Origin: Sedimentisphaerales bacterium
GTDB taxonomy: Bacteria; Planctomycetota; Phycisphaerae; Sedimentisphaerales; SM23-30
Direction of reading: 5' to 3'
NCBI GenBank assembly: GCA_016934515.1
Contig: JAFGSR010000077.1
Location: 1,330 to 65,329, forward strand
DNA length: 64,000 nt
Within the stretch, counting starts at the first letter, position 1; each line of letters starts with the position of its first letter. This document shows, in pieces, positions 16,677-25,664 of this stretch. Both the position numbers and the translations under genes were made by a program. The notes under the pieces were generated by a model. That model searched no databases. It had not been told where the DNA came from and was given only the letters and a program-made list of their open reading frames with translations.

Positions 16677-17309
16677 ATGGGAACGGTAGAGCGTCGGCAG
16701 CGGGAGGCGGGGCGTCGTCGGGAGAGTATTCTGGCGGCGGCGCGGAAGGTGTTTTGGCAGCAGGGATATGCGGGGACGACGATACCGCAAATAGCTGGGG
16801 TAGCTGAACTTGCGCCCGGGACGATCTATTTGTACTTTCCCAGTAAGGATGCGCTTTATGTTGAGCTGCTGATGGAAGGGTATGATATTCTGCTGGGGCG
16901 GCTGAAGGAACAGGTGGCGGCTGGGGGGTCGGCTTATGAGCAGGCGGAGCGGTTGATTGAGGTGTTTTTTGGCTTTGCGCGGGAGTATCCGCACTATTAT
17001 GACATTATTTTCTTTTTGCTGCAGCGGGATAATACGGCCCGGTGGCAGATTAAACTGCCGGGGGATCAGATAGCAAAGCTTATGGAAAAGGAGGAGCAAT
17101 GTAAGCAGGTTGCGGCGCAAATCCTTGATAGGGTTGAGTTTGGGGATGGTGCGGAGCGGGCGGCGGCGGTGGAGGCGGCCTGGAGCATGTTGGCGGGGGT
17201 GGTGCTTTATAAGCGAAAAGAGGCAGATTTCAGGCAGGTGTGTGAGCAGGCGAAGAAACTGCTGCTGGCGGCGGTGTTTATGGAAGAAAGGATGAAGGCT
17301 GAAGGTTGA
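16677..17309 (+). CDS. TetR/AcrR-family transcriptional regulator
   Basis: 210-aa ORF with the HTH block ILAAARKVFWQQGYAGTTIPQIAGVAELAPGTIYLYFPSKDALY. Confidence 0.85.
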   Translation: MGTVERRQREAGRRRESILAAARKVFWQQGYAGTTIPQIAGVAELAPGTIYLYFPSKDALYVELLMEGYDILLGRLKEQVAAGGSAYEQAERLIEVFFGFAREYPHYYDIIFFLLQRDNTARWQIKLPGDQIAKLMEKEEQCKQVAAQILDRVEFGDGAERAAAVEAAWSMLAGVVLYKRKEADFRQVCEQAKKLLLAAVFMEERMKAEG

Positions 17310-17360
17310 GCGTGAGGAATGTAAATGACGGTTTATCAGTATTGTAAATGATAAAGCTGA

Positions 17361-17389
17361 TTGAAATATAGGTGTCAATGTACTAGAAT
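17361..17389 (+). promoter_or_regulatory. candidate promoter for the PlsA/Ger-like fusion gene
   Basis: TTGAAA (17361-17366), a 17-nt spacer and TAGAAT (17384-17389), in the 263-nt gap between the TetR gene and ATG 17573. Confidence 0.45.
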
Positions 17390-17572
17390 AGTTCAGCCTG
17401 ATCCGGTTGGATTTTGGATTGAGGTTCAAAAAGTCTATTTGGCAGGATTAGGCAGTGGCTGAATCTATAAGCTAATCAAGGCTGATTATTATTGCGCTGG
17501 GATTTTATCAGTTAATGGCTAAGCTTTTGATAGTCAGTCGTCTTTTTGAATAAAGCGAAAGGTGAAATCAAC

Positions 17573-20500
17573 ATGACCAGACTGAATGGTAAGCGTTCTA
17601 TTGACGAGAGCAGGTCGTTTGAGCCGGTTTTAAGTAAGATACCGGGAGATGGGCCGTTGCATTTGGGGATTGATATTGGGTCGGTAAGTTGCAAGGTGGC
17701 GGTTTTAACTCATGTTCGTTCAGTGTGTTATCTGAATTATCAGCGGACGCACGGGCGGGGGATTGAGACGGCGCGGGCGATGTTGTCGGATTTGTTTGGT
17801 CAGATTGCCCCGGACCGGATTGCGACAATGGTGGGGACGGGTAGCGGTGGTCGGGCGTTTTGTGAGTTGCTGAAGCTGGATTTTGTGAATGAGCTGATTT
17901 GTCAGTCGGCGGCGATACGTCATTTGCGGCCTGAGGTGCGGACGCTGGTGGAGATGGGAGGGCAGGACAGCAAGGTGATTTTCCTGAGTGATCCGGCAGA
18001 GCAGCAGGCGAGCGGTGATCAGCGGGAGATGGTGGATTTTGCGATGAATACGAACTGTGCGGCGGGGACGGGGAGTTTTCTGGATCAGCAGGCGACGCGG
18101 CTGGGGGTTCATATTGAGGAGGAATTCGGGCAGTTGGCATTGCAGAGCGAGACGCCGCCGCGGGTGGCGGGGCGTTGTTCGGTGTTTGCCAAGAGCGATA
18201 TGATTCATCTGCAGCAGCAGGCGACGCCGGTGCATGATATTGTGGCGGGATTGTGTTTGGGTTTGGCGCGGAATCTGAAGGCGTCTCTGTGTCAGGGTAA
18301 GAAGGTGGTTAAGCCGATGGCGTTTTGCGGCGGGGTGGCAGCGAACGCGGGGGTGGTACGGGCGTTGGAAGATGTGTTTGAGTTGGGTCGGGGCGGATTG
18401 ATTGTGCCGGACGAGCATGCGTTGACGGGTGCGATTGGAGCGGTGCTGATGCAGATGCGGCAGGGAGCCGGGGCCGAGAGTACGCAGGAGCCGCGGGTGA
18501 TATTGAGTAAGCTGGACGAGTATATTAAGCAGAACCGGACGGTGGGTCATCGGCTAGAGAGGTTGAAGCAGCCAAGCAATGGGACGCCGGAGAGCCGGGT
18601 GCATAAGGAGATTCTGGAGGAGGTGCGGGTTTCGGGAGAGAAGATTGTTGCGTATCTGGGGATCGATGTTGGTTCGATCAGTACGAATGTGGTGGTGATG
18701 GATGAGCTGCAGCGGGTGCTGAGCAAGGCTTATTTGATGACGGCGGGTCGGCCGCTGGAGGCGGTGAAGCAGGGTTTGGAGATTGTGGAGCCGGATGTGA
18801 AGGGGCTGGTGGAGATTCGGGGGGCGGCGACGACGGGGTCGGGGCGGTATTTGACGGGTGATTTTGTGGGGGCGGACCTGGTGATTAACGAGATTACGGC
18901 ACAGGCGACGGGTGCGGCGCTGGTGGATCATGAGGTCGATACGATATTTGAGATTGGAGGTCAGGATTCGAAATATATTTCGCTGGAAGACGGGGTGGTG
19001 GTTGATTTTGAGATGAATCATGCCTGTGCGGCGGGGACGGGGAGCTTTCTGGAGGAGCAGGCGGAGCGTTTGGGGATGAGTATCAAGGGAGAGTTTGCCG
19101 AGGAAGCGTTTTCGTCGTCGTCGCCGATTAAGCTGGGTGAGCGGTGCACGGTGTTTATGGAATCGGATTTGTTGAGTTATCAGCAGCAGGGAGCGGAGCG
19201 GCCGGATTTGGTGGCGGGGTTGGCGTATTCGATTGTTACGAATTATCTGAACCGGGTGGTGAGTCATCGCAAGATAGGTCAGAAGATTTTTTTCCAGGGT
19301 GGGACGGCGTTTAACCGGGCGGTGGTGTCGGCGTTCGAAGCGGTGACGGGTAAGTCGATTATTGTGCCGGACCATCATGAAGTGACGGGGGCGTTGGGAG
19401 CGGCGGAGTTGGCGCGGCGGCACATGAGCCAGGTTGAAATGGAAGCTGGGGGCGAAAAGGTGGAGAGCAGTTTTCGGGGGTTTGATCTGACGCAGTTGGA
19501 GTATAAGATCAGGACCTTCGAGTGTACCCATTGTCCGAACAACTGCGAGATCAAGGAAGTGACGATGGCGGGAGCGGAGCCGTTGTTTTACGGGAGTCGA
19601 TGTGATCGTTACAACGTTAAGAAGGATAAGGTGAGTGTGGGGGACATTGCGGATTTGTTTGCGGAACGGCAGAAGATGCTGGAGAGTTTTGCGGGGCTGA
19701 AAGGTAAGCGAGGGGCGGCGGGTGAATTGGCGAAGGAGAAGGAGCAGCTCTCTGGGAGTACACAGAAAGGTGGCACCCAGCGTCGGACGGTGGGGATTCC
19801 GATGTGTTTGAGTAATTATCAGTATTTGCCGTTGTGGGGTAGGTTTTTGGGTGAGTTGGGATTTGAGGTGGTGCTTTCGGGGCGTTCGTCGAAGTCGGTG
19901 ATTCATCAGGGAGTGGAGGCGGTGGTGTCTCAGCCTTGTTTCCCGGTGAAGGTGGCGCACGGGCATGTGTTGGAGTTGGTGAAGAAGGAGTTGGATTTTA
20001 TCTGGCTGCCGAGCATTGTTTCGATGGAGGCGAATTACAAGGAGAATGTTCACAATCAGTTGTGTCCTTATGTGCAGACAATTCCTTACCAGGTGCGCAC
20101 GGCGCTGAAGGCCAAGGGGATCGATCTGGATGGGGCGAAGAATCATCTGATAGATTTGCATGTGCGGTTTATGGATGGTTTGAAGCAGTTGCGTCGGACG
20201 CTGAAGCCTTTGGCGGAGAAGTTTGGGGTGAGTCAGAGGCAGATTAATCGGGCGTTAGATGAGGGGCTGAAGGTTCAGAGGGCGTTTGAGGAAGCTTGCC
20301 GGGAGCGGGGGCGTGAGATTCTGGATGGATTGGCGCCTGGTGAGAAGGCGTGCGTGATAGTTTCGCGGCCTTACAATGGTTGCGATCCGGGAGTGAGTCT
20401 GGATTTGCCACGGAAGCTGCGGAAGATGAATGTGTTGTCGGTGCCGATTGATTTTCTGGATCTGGACGCGGCGAACGTGATTGAGCCGGAGCTGCAAAGT

Positions 20501-22075
20501 GAGATGTACTGGAAGTACGGTCAGCGGATTTACCGGGCGGCGCACATTATTCGAGAGGATCCGCGTTTGAACGCGATCTATATCAGTAATTTCAGTTGCG
20601 GGCCGGACAGTTTTATTATTACGTTTTTCAAGGAATTGTTGACATCGACGCTGGAGGACGGCAGTGAGGTGAAGAAGCCGGCGCTGGTGCTGGAGATTGA
20701 CGAGCACAGTGCGGACGCAGGAGTGATAACGCGGCTGGAGGCGTTTCATGAATCGCTCAAGGCGGTGGAATCGCGACGTCGGGGCAAGGAGCAGGCGTTT
20801 CAGACGGTTCAGCACGCGGATAGTCCGTGGCGGCAGGAATGGGGCGATTGTTCGGGCCGGACGATATATATTCCGTTGATGGGCGATTCGGCGCATGCAT
20901 TGGCGGCGGCGTTTCGGCATTGCGGTCAGGATGCCAAGGTGATGCCGATGGGAGATGATGAGACGCTGCGGTGGGGTCGGATGTACACCTCGGGTAAGGA
21001 ATGTTTGCCGTGTACGATTACGACGGGTGATATGTTGAAGGTGGTTAACGAGAAGGACTGTGATCCGGATAAGGTGGCGTTTTTCATGCCGGGTAGCAGC
21101 GGGCCGTGTCGATTTGGTCAGTATAATTGTTTGCAGAACCTGGTGTTGAAGCAGGCGGGTCTGCCGAATGATATTCCGATAGTGGCGCCGAATCAGGACG
21201 GGAATTTTTATGAGCATTTTCAGAGGTTCCGGATTGATCCGACGCGGCTGGCGTACAACGGGATAGCGGCGGTTGATTTGTTGGGTAAGGTTTTGTTGAA
21301 GACGCGGCCTTACGAAGTGGTGGCGGGCAGCGCGGACGAGGCTTATGATGGGAGTTTGCAGTTAATTGTCGAGGCGATGGAGAAGGGGCTCCGGGAAGCG
21401 GAGTTGGTGCCGGTGATGCGTCGTTGTGCGGAGAAGTTTGCGGCGTTGGAGTTGGAAGGTGTGGGTACGAAGCCGTTAATAACGGTGGTGGGCGAGATAT
21501 ATGTTCGGAGTCATCCGTTTGCCAACGATAATATTGTGCGTAAGCTGGAGGCGTTGGGCGGGGAGGTGAGTTTGGCAAGTTTTGCGGAATGGCTTTACTA
21601 TACGAATCATACGCGGGAGTTGATGGCCAAGCGATGGAGGAATGCGAAGCTGTGGCTTCAGAATTATTTGAAGGATAAAGTTCAGCACCGGATAGAAAAG
21701 CAGTTGGCGGGGCCGTTGGAGGAGAATTTTGGTCCGTTGGCGGATCCGGAGATTACCGATACGATCGAGCCGGCAAAGAGTTATATGCATGAATCGTTTG
21801 AAGGAGAGGCGATTTTGAGTATCGGCAAGATGGTGGAGATGTTCCATCTGGGAGCGTCGGGAGCGGTGAATGTGATGCCGTTTACGTGTATGCCGTCAAC
21901 GATTGTATCGGCGATATCGCGGGAGATCAGTCTGGATTGCAATAACATGCCGATTTTGAATATCAGTTATGACGGTCAGCAGGATCCGACGTTGCAGACG
22001 CGGCTGGAGGCGTTTATGCATCAGGCACGGACGTTTAGCAAGAGTGTTTTGCGGGCGAAGGTTCAGGTTGGTTAG
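17573..22075 (+). CDS. fused BCR/HAD-family enzyme: two activase-type ATPase modules plus two 2-hydroxyacyl-CoA-dehydratase-like (HgdB/DUF2229) halves; PlsA-PlsR / Ger-like architecture
   Basis: ORF 17546-22075, with ATG 17573 preceded by AAAGGTGA. Two BcrAD/BadFG modules are present (LHLGIDIGSVSCK..NTNCAAGTGSFLDQQ and YLGIDVGSISTN..NHACAAGTGSFLEEQ). A CxxCxxxC knuckle FECTHCPNNCEIKEV lies at nt 19523-19546. Dehydratase-like blocks are VGIPMCLSNYQYLPLW and IYIPLMGDS..TSGKECLPC. Confidence 0.85.
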   Translation: MTRLNGKRSIDESRSFEPVLSKIPGDGPLHLGIDIGSVSCKVAVLTHVRSVCYLNYQRTHGRGIETARAMLSDLFGQIAPDRIATMVGTGSGGRAFCELLKLDFVNELICQSAAIRHLRPEVRTLVEMGGQDSKVIFLSDPAEQQASGDQREMVDFAMNTNCAAGTGSFLDQQATRLGVHIEEEFGQLALQSETPPRVAGRCSVFAKSDMIHLQQQATPVHDIVAGLCLGLARNLKASLCQGKKVVKPMAFCGGVAANAGVVRALEDVFELGRGGLIVPDEHALTGAIGAVLMQMRQGAGAESTQEPRVILSKLDEYIKQNRTVGHRLERLKQPSNGTPESRVHKEILEEVRVSGEKIVAYLGIDVGSISTNVVVMDELQRVLSKAYLMTAGRPLEAVKQGLEIVEPDVKGLVEIRGAATTGSGRYLTGDFVGADLVINEITAQATGAALVDHEVDTIFEIGGQDSKYISLEDGVVVDFEMNHACAAGTGSFLEEQAERLGMSIKGEFAEEAFSSSSPIKLGERCTVFMESDLLSYQQQGAERPDLVAGLAYSIVTNYLNRVVSHRKIGQKIFFQGGTAFNRAVVSAFEAVTGKSIIVPDHHEVTGALGAAELARRHMSQVEMEAGGEKVESSFRGFDLTQLEYKIRTFECTHCPNNCEIKEVTMAGAEPLFYGSRCDRYNVKKDKVSVGDIADLFAERQKMLESFAGLKGKRGAAGELAKEKEQLSGSTQKGGTQRRTVGIPMCLSNYQYLPLWGRFLGELGFEVVLSGRSSKSVIHQGVEAVVSQPCFPVKVAHGHVLELVKKELDFIWLPSIVSMEANYKENVHNQLCPYVQTIPYQVRTALKAKGIDLDGAKNHLIDLHVRFMDGLKQLRRTLKPLAEKFGVSQRQINRALDEGLKVQRAFEEACRERGREILDGLAPGEKACVIVSRPYNGCDPGVSLDLPRKLRKMNVLSVPIDFLDLDAANVIEPELQSEMYWKYGQRIYRAAHIIREDPRLNAIYISNFSCGPDSFIITFFKELLTSTLEDGSEVKKPALVLEIDEHSADAGVITRLEAFHESLKAVESRRRGKEQAFQTVQHADSPWRQEWGDCSGRTIYIPLMGDSAHALAAAFRHCGQDAKVMPMGDDETLRWGRMYTSGKECLPCTITTGDMLKVVNEKDCDPDKVAFFMPGSSGPCRFGQYNCLQNLVLKQAGLPNDIPIVAPNQDGNFYEHFQRFRIDPTRLAYNGIAAVDLLGKVLLKTRPYEVVAGSADEAYDGSLQLIVEAMEKGLREAELVPVMRRCAEKFAALELEGVGTKPLITVVGEIYVRSHPFANDNIVRKLEALGGEVSLASFAEWLYYTNHTRELMAKRWRNAKLWLQNYLKDKVQHRIEKQLAGPLEENFGPLADPEITDTIEPAKSYMHESFEGEAILSIGKMVEMFHLGASGAVNVMPFTCMPSTIVSAISREISLDCNNMPILNISYDGQQDPTLQTRLEAFMHQARTFSKSVLRAKVQVG

Positions 22076-22202
22076 CGGGAGACGTGGTATGTTTTTTGGC
22101 AAAATAGAATTATAATGACGAATTAAGAAACCAGACCCGGCTTCGCCAGAGCGCTTCGCCGCGGCGAGACAATGACGAATGACGAAGTTCGAAATTAATT
22201 TT

Positions 22203-22226
22203 GCCGCAGAGGACGCAGAGGAATTT
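22203..22226 (-). repeat. word-doubling module, inverted copy
   Basis: The reverse complement aaattcctctgcgtcctctgcggc matches 6734-6757 and 7483-7516. Confidence 0.7.
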
Positions 22227-22308
22227 ATTTTTGATAGCCACAAAAAACGCAAAAAACACAGAAAAGATTTTACCATGAAGAGCATGAAGGATATGAAGTT
22301 TTTTAAGA

Positions 22309-22348
22309 CTGGATGCCCGAGCGAGTCGGGCATGACAAGTCAGAGCGG
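22309..22348 (+). repeat. hairpin module, copy 2
   Basis: It matches 13539-13578 with 4 substitutions. Confidence 0.8.
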
Positions 22349-22368
22349 TGGTTGTTCGGGATAACAGC

Positions 22369-22401
22369 GACCACCCCCAAGGGTACTTGGCGGTGCCACC
22401 C
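22369..22401 (-). repeat. hairpin module gggtggcaccgccaag..cttgggggtggtc, inverted copy
   Basis: Its reverse complement matches 7373-7406. Confidence 0.75.
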
Positions 22402-22504
22402 GGCGTTAAGCCAATTATTCAAATTTAGATAACTAAGAAACGTTGGTTAAGATCAGTTAACATAAGGCGCCAGTTTAGGGTAGTTAACGGAACAGGAGAA
22501 TCGA

Positions 22505-24451
22505 TTGACACCAAGTGAAAAGTTAACCGGTCGGGAGGGAGCCGGGATGTTTGAAGAAGTTTTACCAGAGGTATCGGGAGCGGCGGTTGGGGAAGCTTCC
22601 AATTTGACGGCGGAGCAGCATCTGGCGTGCTATCGGCGGGAGATGCGTCGATTTGAGGGTGAATTCAGCAGTTTGCCCTGTGAGACGCGGGCGACGTGTC
22701 CGGGTTGTGGTGAGCAGGTGCCGGCGTGGTTCGAGCGGGTGGAGTCGGGCGGACCAGGCCAGGGTGAAAGGTCAGAGGCGAGTGATGGGCCTGACCAGAT
22801 TGACGGTTCAGGTGGAGATCAGGTGGTGCTGCGGTTTGAATGCGAGGGGTGTGGTGAGCATTCGGAAGTGCATCATGATACGATCTGGAGTGAGCCGGTT
22901 GCGGATCGGGAGTATTCGGCGAAGCAGACTTACAGCGGGCGGGTGATCAAGCCTAATGCTCGCGAGTTGCCCCGGACGGTGCAGACGCTATGTCCGGAAT
23001 GCTCGGCGGTGATTGTGGGGCGTTATTTTATTGAGAATCATGCGGTGATGATTGAGAAGTGTTGTCCGGAGCATGGTTATTTTCGGGATATTATTAATCG
23101 GGACGTGCCGTTGTATAACAAGGCGGCGCAGTGGAGCTTTGAGGAATTGGCGGGTCTGAGCAATCCGGCGAATCCGGGGGAGAATTTGTGCCCGACGGAC
23201 TGCGGACTTTGTGGGAAGCATCAGTCGTGTTCGTGTTTGGCGAATATTGATTTGACGAATCGTTGCAATTTGAAGTGTCCGGTGTGTTTTGCCAATTCGA
23301 ACGCGGCGGGATATGTATATGAGCCGACTTTTGAGCAGTTGGTGGAGATGCTTCAGGCGTTGCGCGATATGCGGCCGACGCCGGCGACGGCGGTGCAGTT
23401 CAGCGGGGGCGAGCCGACGATCCATCCGCAGTTTATGGAGGTGGTTTCGGAGGCGGCGCGGATGGGATTTTCGAATATTCAGATTGCGACGAACGGGATT
23501 CGGATGGCGGATTATGAATTTGCGCGGAGAGCGGCGGAGGCGGGATTGCATACGCTGTATCTGCAGTTTGACGGGATAGGCGGGGAGATTTATTGTAAGC
23601 TGCGGGGTCGGGACATTTGGGAAGAGAAGCTGGCGGCGATAGAGAATTGTCGGCGGACGGGGATGAAGGTTTGTCTGGTGCCGACGGTGATTCGGACGGT
23701 GAATGATGATCAGGTGGGGCCGATTTTTAATTTTGCGGTGGATAATGTTGATGTGATCAGCGGGATAAGTTATCAGCCGGTGTGTTTTACGGGTCGGATC
23801 GATCAGGAGCGTCGTCTGGAGCAGCGTTATACGCTGGGAGATTTGGCCAAGGATATTGCGGCGGCTAGTGGGGCGGTGGTGGAGCGGGATTTTTATCCGT
23901 TGTCGATAGTGACGCCGTTGGCGCAGTTTTTGGAAGCGATTACGGGAGATCCGAAGATTAAGCCCAGTTGCCACACGGATTGCGCGTTGGGGAGTTATTT
24001 TTTCGTATCGCCGGATAAGCAGGTTTATCCGTTTCCGCAGGTGCTGGATGTGGAGGCGATGTTCAGCGGGATGAACCGCTGGGCGCACAAGCTGGCGGGC
24101 AAGGGTGGGAAGATTTCGTTTTTTGACAAGCTGCGTTTGAGTAAGTTTTTTAAGTCGGTGTTTCGCAAGGATCAGGCGCCGCCGGATTTGAATGTGAAGA
24201 AGTTTGTGGGTGCATTGCAGGGGATGGTGGACAAGAGCAAGGGTCGCGGTGCGGCGGGCGGGAGTAATTATCGCACGCTGATGGCGGCGGGGATGCATTT
24301 TCAGGACCGGTATAATTATGATGTGGAGCGGACGAAGCGGTGTGTGATTCAGTATTCGACGCCGGCGGGGGTGTTTCCGTTTTGCAGTTACAACGGTGGG
24401 CCGGCTTATCGCGAGTTGGTGGAGAAGATGTACACCCGGGGAGAGGAGTGA
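22505..24451 (+). CDS. radical SAM protein of the COG1964 / MJ0619 (Tes, GDGT-MAS) type with an extra N-terminal zinc-ribbon extension
   Basis: 648-aa ORF with a TTG start 5 nt after AGGAGA (alternative ATG at 22547). A rubredoxin-like knuckle LCPEC..CCPEHG lies at nt 22991-23065, followed by a second Cys cluster CPTDCGLCGKHQSC. The AdoMet cluster NRCNLKCPVCF lies at nt 23264-23287. The blocks GGEPT, VPTVIRTVND and ISYQPVCFTGR are also present. Confidence 0.8.
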   Translation: MTPSEKLTGREGAGMFEEVLPEVSGAAVGEASNLTAEQHLACYRREMRRFEGEFSSLPCETRATCPGCGEQVPAWFERVESGGPGQGERSEASDGPDQIDGSGGDQVVLRFECEGCGEHSEVHHDTIWSEPVADREYSAKQTYSGRVIKPNARELPRTVQTLCPECSAVIVGRYFIENHAVMIEKCCPEHGYFRDIINRDVPLYNKAAQWSFEELAGLSNPANPGENLCPTDCGLCGKHQSCSCLANIDLTNRCNLKCPVCFANSNAAGYVYEPTFEQLVEMLQALRDMRPTPATAVQFSGGEPTIHPQFMEVVSEAARMGFSNIQIATNGIRMADYEFARRAAEAGLHTLYLQFDGIGGEIYCKLRGRDIWEEKLAAIENCRRTGMKVCLVPTVIRTVNDDQVGPIFNFAVDNVDVISGISYQPVCFTGRIDQERRLEQRYTLGDLAKDIAAASGAVVERDFYPLSIVTPLAQFLEAITGDPKIKPSCHTDCALGSYFFVSPDKQVYPFPQVLDVEAMFSGMNRWAHKLAGKGGKISFFDKLRLSKFFKSVFRKDQAPPDLNVKKFVGALQGMVDKSKGRGAAGGSNYRTLMAAGMHFQDRYNYDVERTKRCVIQYSTPAGVFPFCSYNGGPAYRELVEKMYTRGEE

Positions 24452-24519
24452 TTTGTTCGGGGCGATTTTGAAAAACAATACGATCTTGCTATTGTGCGAA
24501 TTGTGATTATCCTGTCATT

Positions 24520-25116
24520 ATGGGAATTGTGACTGATTATCCATTGATACTGGCGTCGGGTTCGCCGCGGCGGGGGGAGTTGTTGCGTGCCGGGGGTTAT
24601 GAATTTGAGGTGGTTGAGCCGCGACATGAAGAGCCGGAGTTGCCGAGTGGTTTGGTTTTGCCGACGGAGTGGGCGGAGGCGCTGGCGTATTACAAGGCGC
24701 GTGGGGTGGCTTTTGAGCGTTCGGATGCGGTGGTTTTGGGGGCGGATACGATTGTGGTTAACGGTGGGCAGATAATCGGTAAACCTCGGGATGAGGATCA
24801 CGCGCGGGAGATTTTGACGAATCAGTTTGCCGGTCGGAATGAAGTGATTACCGGGTTGGCGGTGATTTGGCCGGGGCAGTTGGGCAGGATAATTACGCAT
24901 GTTCGGACGGTGCTGATGATGCGGGCGATGCCGGAGAAGGAGTTGGAGGATTATCTGGCGGCGGGGACCTGGCGGGGTAAGGCGGGTGCTTATGCGTATC
25001 AGGAGGGTGGGGATAAATATGTGGAATCGATTGAGGGCAGTGAGTCGAATGTGGTGGGTCTGCCGATGGAGAAGCTGGGCGAGATATTTGGGCTAATAAG
25101 AAGATGGCAAAATTAA
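24520..25116 (+). CDS. maf: Maf-family nucleoside-triphosphate pyrophosphatase
   Basis: 198-aa ORF containing LILASGSPRRGELL, GADTIV and GKAGAYAYQE..ESIEGSESNVVGLP. Confidence 0.9.
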   Translation: MGIVTDYPLILASGSPRRGELLRAGGYEFEVVEPRHEEPELPSGLVLPTEWAEALAYYKARGVAFERSDAVVLGADTIVVNGGQIIGKPRDEDHAREILTNQFAGRNEVITGLAVIWPGQLGRIITHVRTVLMMRAMPEKELEDYLAAGTWRGKAGAYAYQEGGDKYVESIEGSESNVVGLPMEKLGEIFGLIRRWQN

Positions 25117-25664
25117 AGCGACTAAAAAGGAAACTGCTGTTGCAATTGGTGGTGCCGGTGCCGGTGTTATTGCTGCTGATGTTGGGGGTGGAGGTCGGTT
25201 GTGAGGACGATGGGGCCGAGAGGCAGAGGCGAGAGGTGGTTTCGCAGGCGGGAGCGGTGCAGCAGTTGCCGAGGGCGGAGGTTGAATTGGGAGGAGAGGT
25301 TTTTTGGGTGGAGTTGGCGTTTACGCGGGAAAGTCGAGAGCGGGGTTTGATGTTTCGCCGGGAACTGGGGGCTAATGCGGGGATGTTGTTTATATATCCG
25401 GAGGAGCAGTATTGCAGTTTCTGGATGAAAAACACACTGATCGATTTGGATATTTTGTTTATTCGTGCGGACGGGGTGGTGGTGAATAGTGCAACGATGA
25501 AGGCGCCGGGGCCGGGGCAGGAGCCGGGGAGTTATCCGAGTAAGGGGGCGGTGAAATATTGTCTGGAGCTGAATGCCGGGACGATAAAGCGTTTGGGGAT
25601 TAAGGTTGGGGACCGGGTGGAGTTGGGTGAGCGGATCGGGCAGATAATGGCTGAGCCGGAATGA
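25104..25664 (+). CDS. DUF192-domain protein with N-terminal membrane/signal segment
   Basis: 186-aa ORF containing RERGLMFRRELGANAGMLFIYPEEQYCSFWMKNTLIDLDILFI, which is typical of DUF192. It overlaps maf by 13 nt. Confidence 0.75.
   Translation: MAKLKRLKRKLLLQLVVPVPVLLLLMLGVEVGCEDDGAERQRREVVSQAGAVQQLPRAEVELGGEVFWVELAFTRESRERGLMFRRELGANAGMLFIYPEEQYCSFWMKNTLIDLDILFIRADGVVVNSATMKAPGPGQEPGSYPSKGAVKYCLELNAGTIKRLGIKVGDRVELGERIGQIMAEPE

Noticed and set aside
15298-17429. Antisense ORFs 15298-15843, 15847-16356 and 16641-17429, opposite the MtaA-like and TetR genes.
   Set aside because: They have the same compositional signature, while the sense-strand products have recognisable folds.
18554-20161. 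A 535-aa antisense ORF inside the PlsA/Ger-like gene. Similar antisense ORFs lie at 17598-18140, 17720-18550, 20255-21217 and 21084-21578.
   Set aside because: The products are almost entirely L/P/H/Q/R/T/N. The sense gene uses mainly NNG codons, so the codon-aligned antisense frame reads CNN codons and cannot contain stop codons. The sense frame has clear family motifs and the antisense frame has none.
22988-24478. A 496-aa antisense ORF opposite the Tes-like radical SAM gene.
   Set aside because: It is a shadow ORF of an NNG-biased gene with an R/L/H/P/Q-rich product and no motifs.
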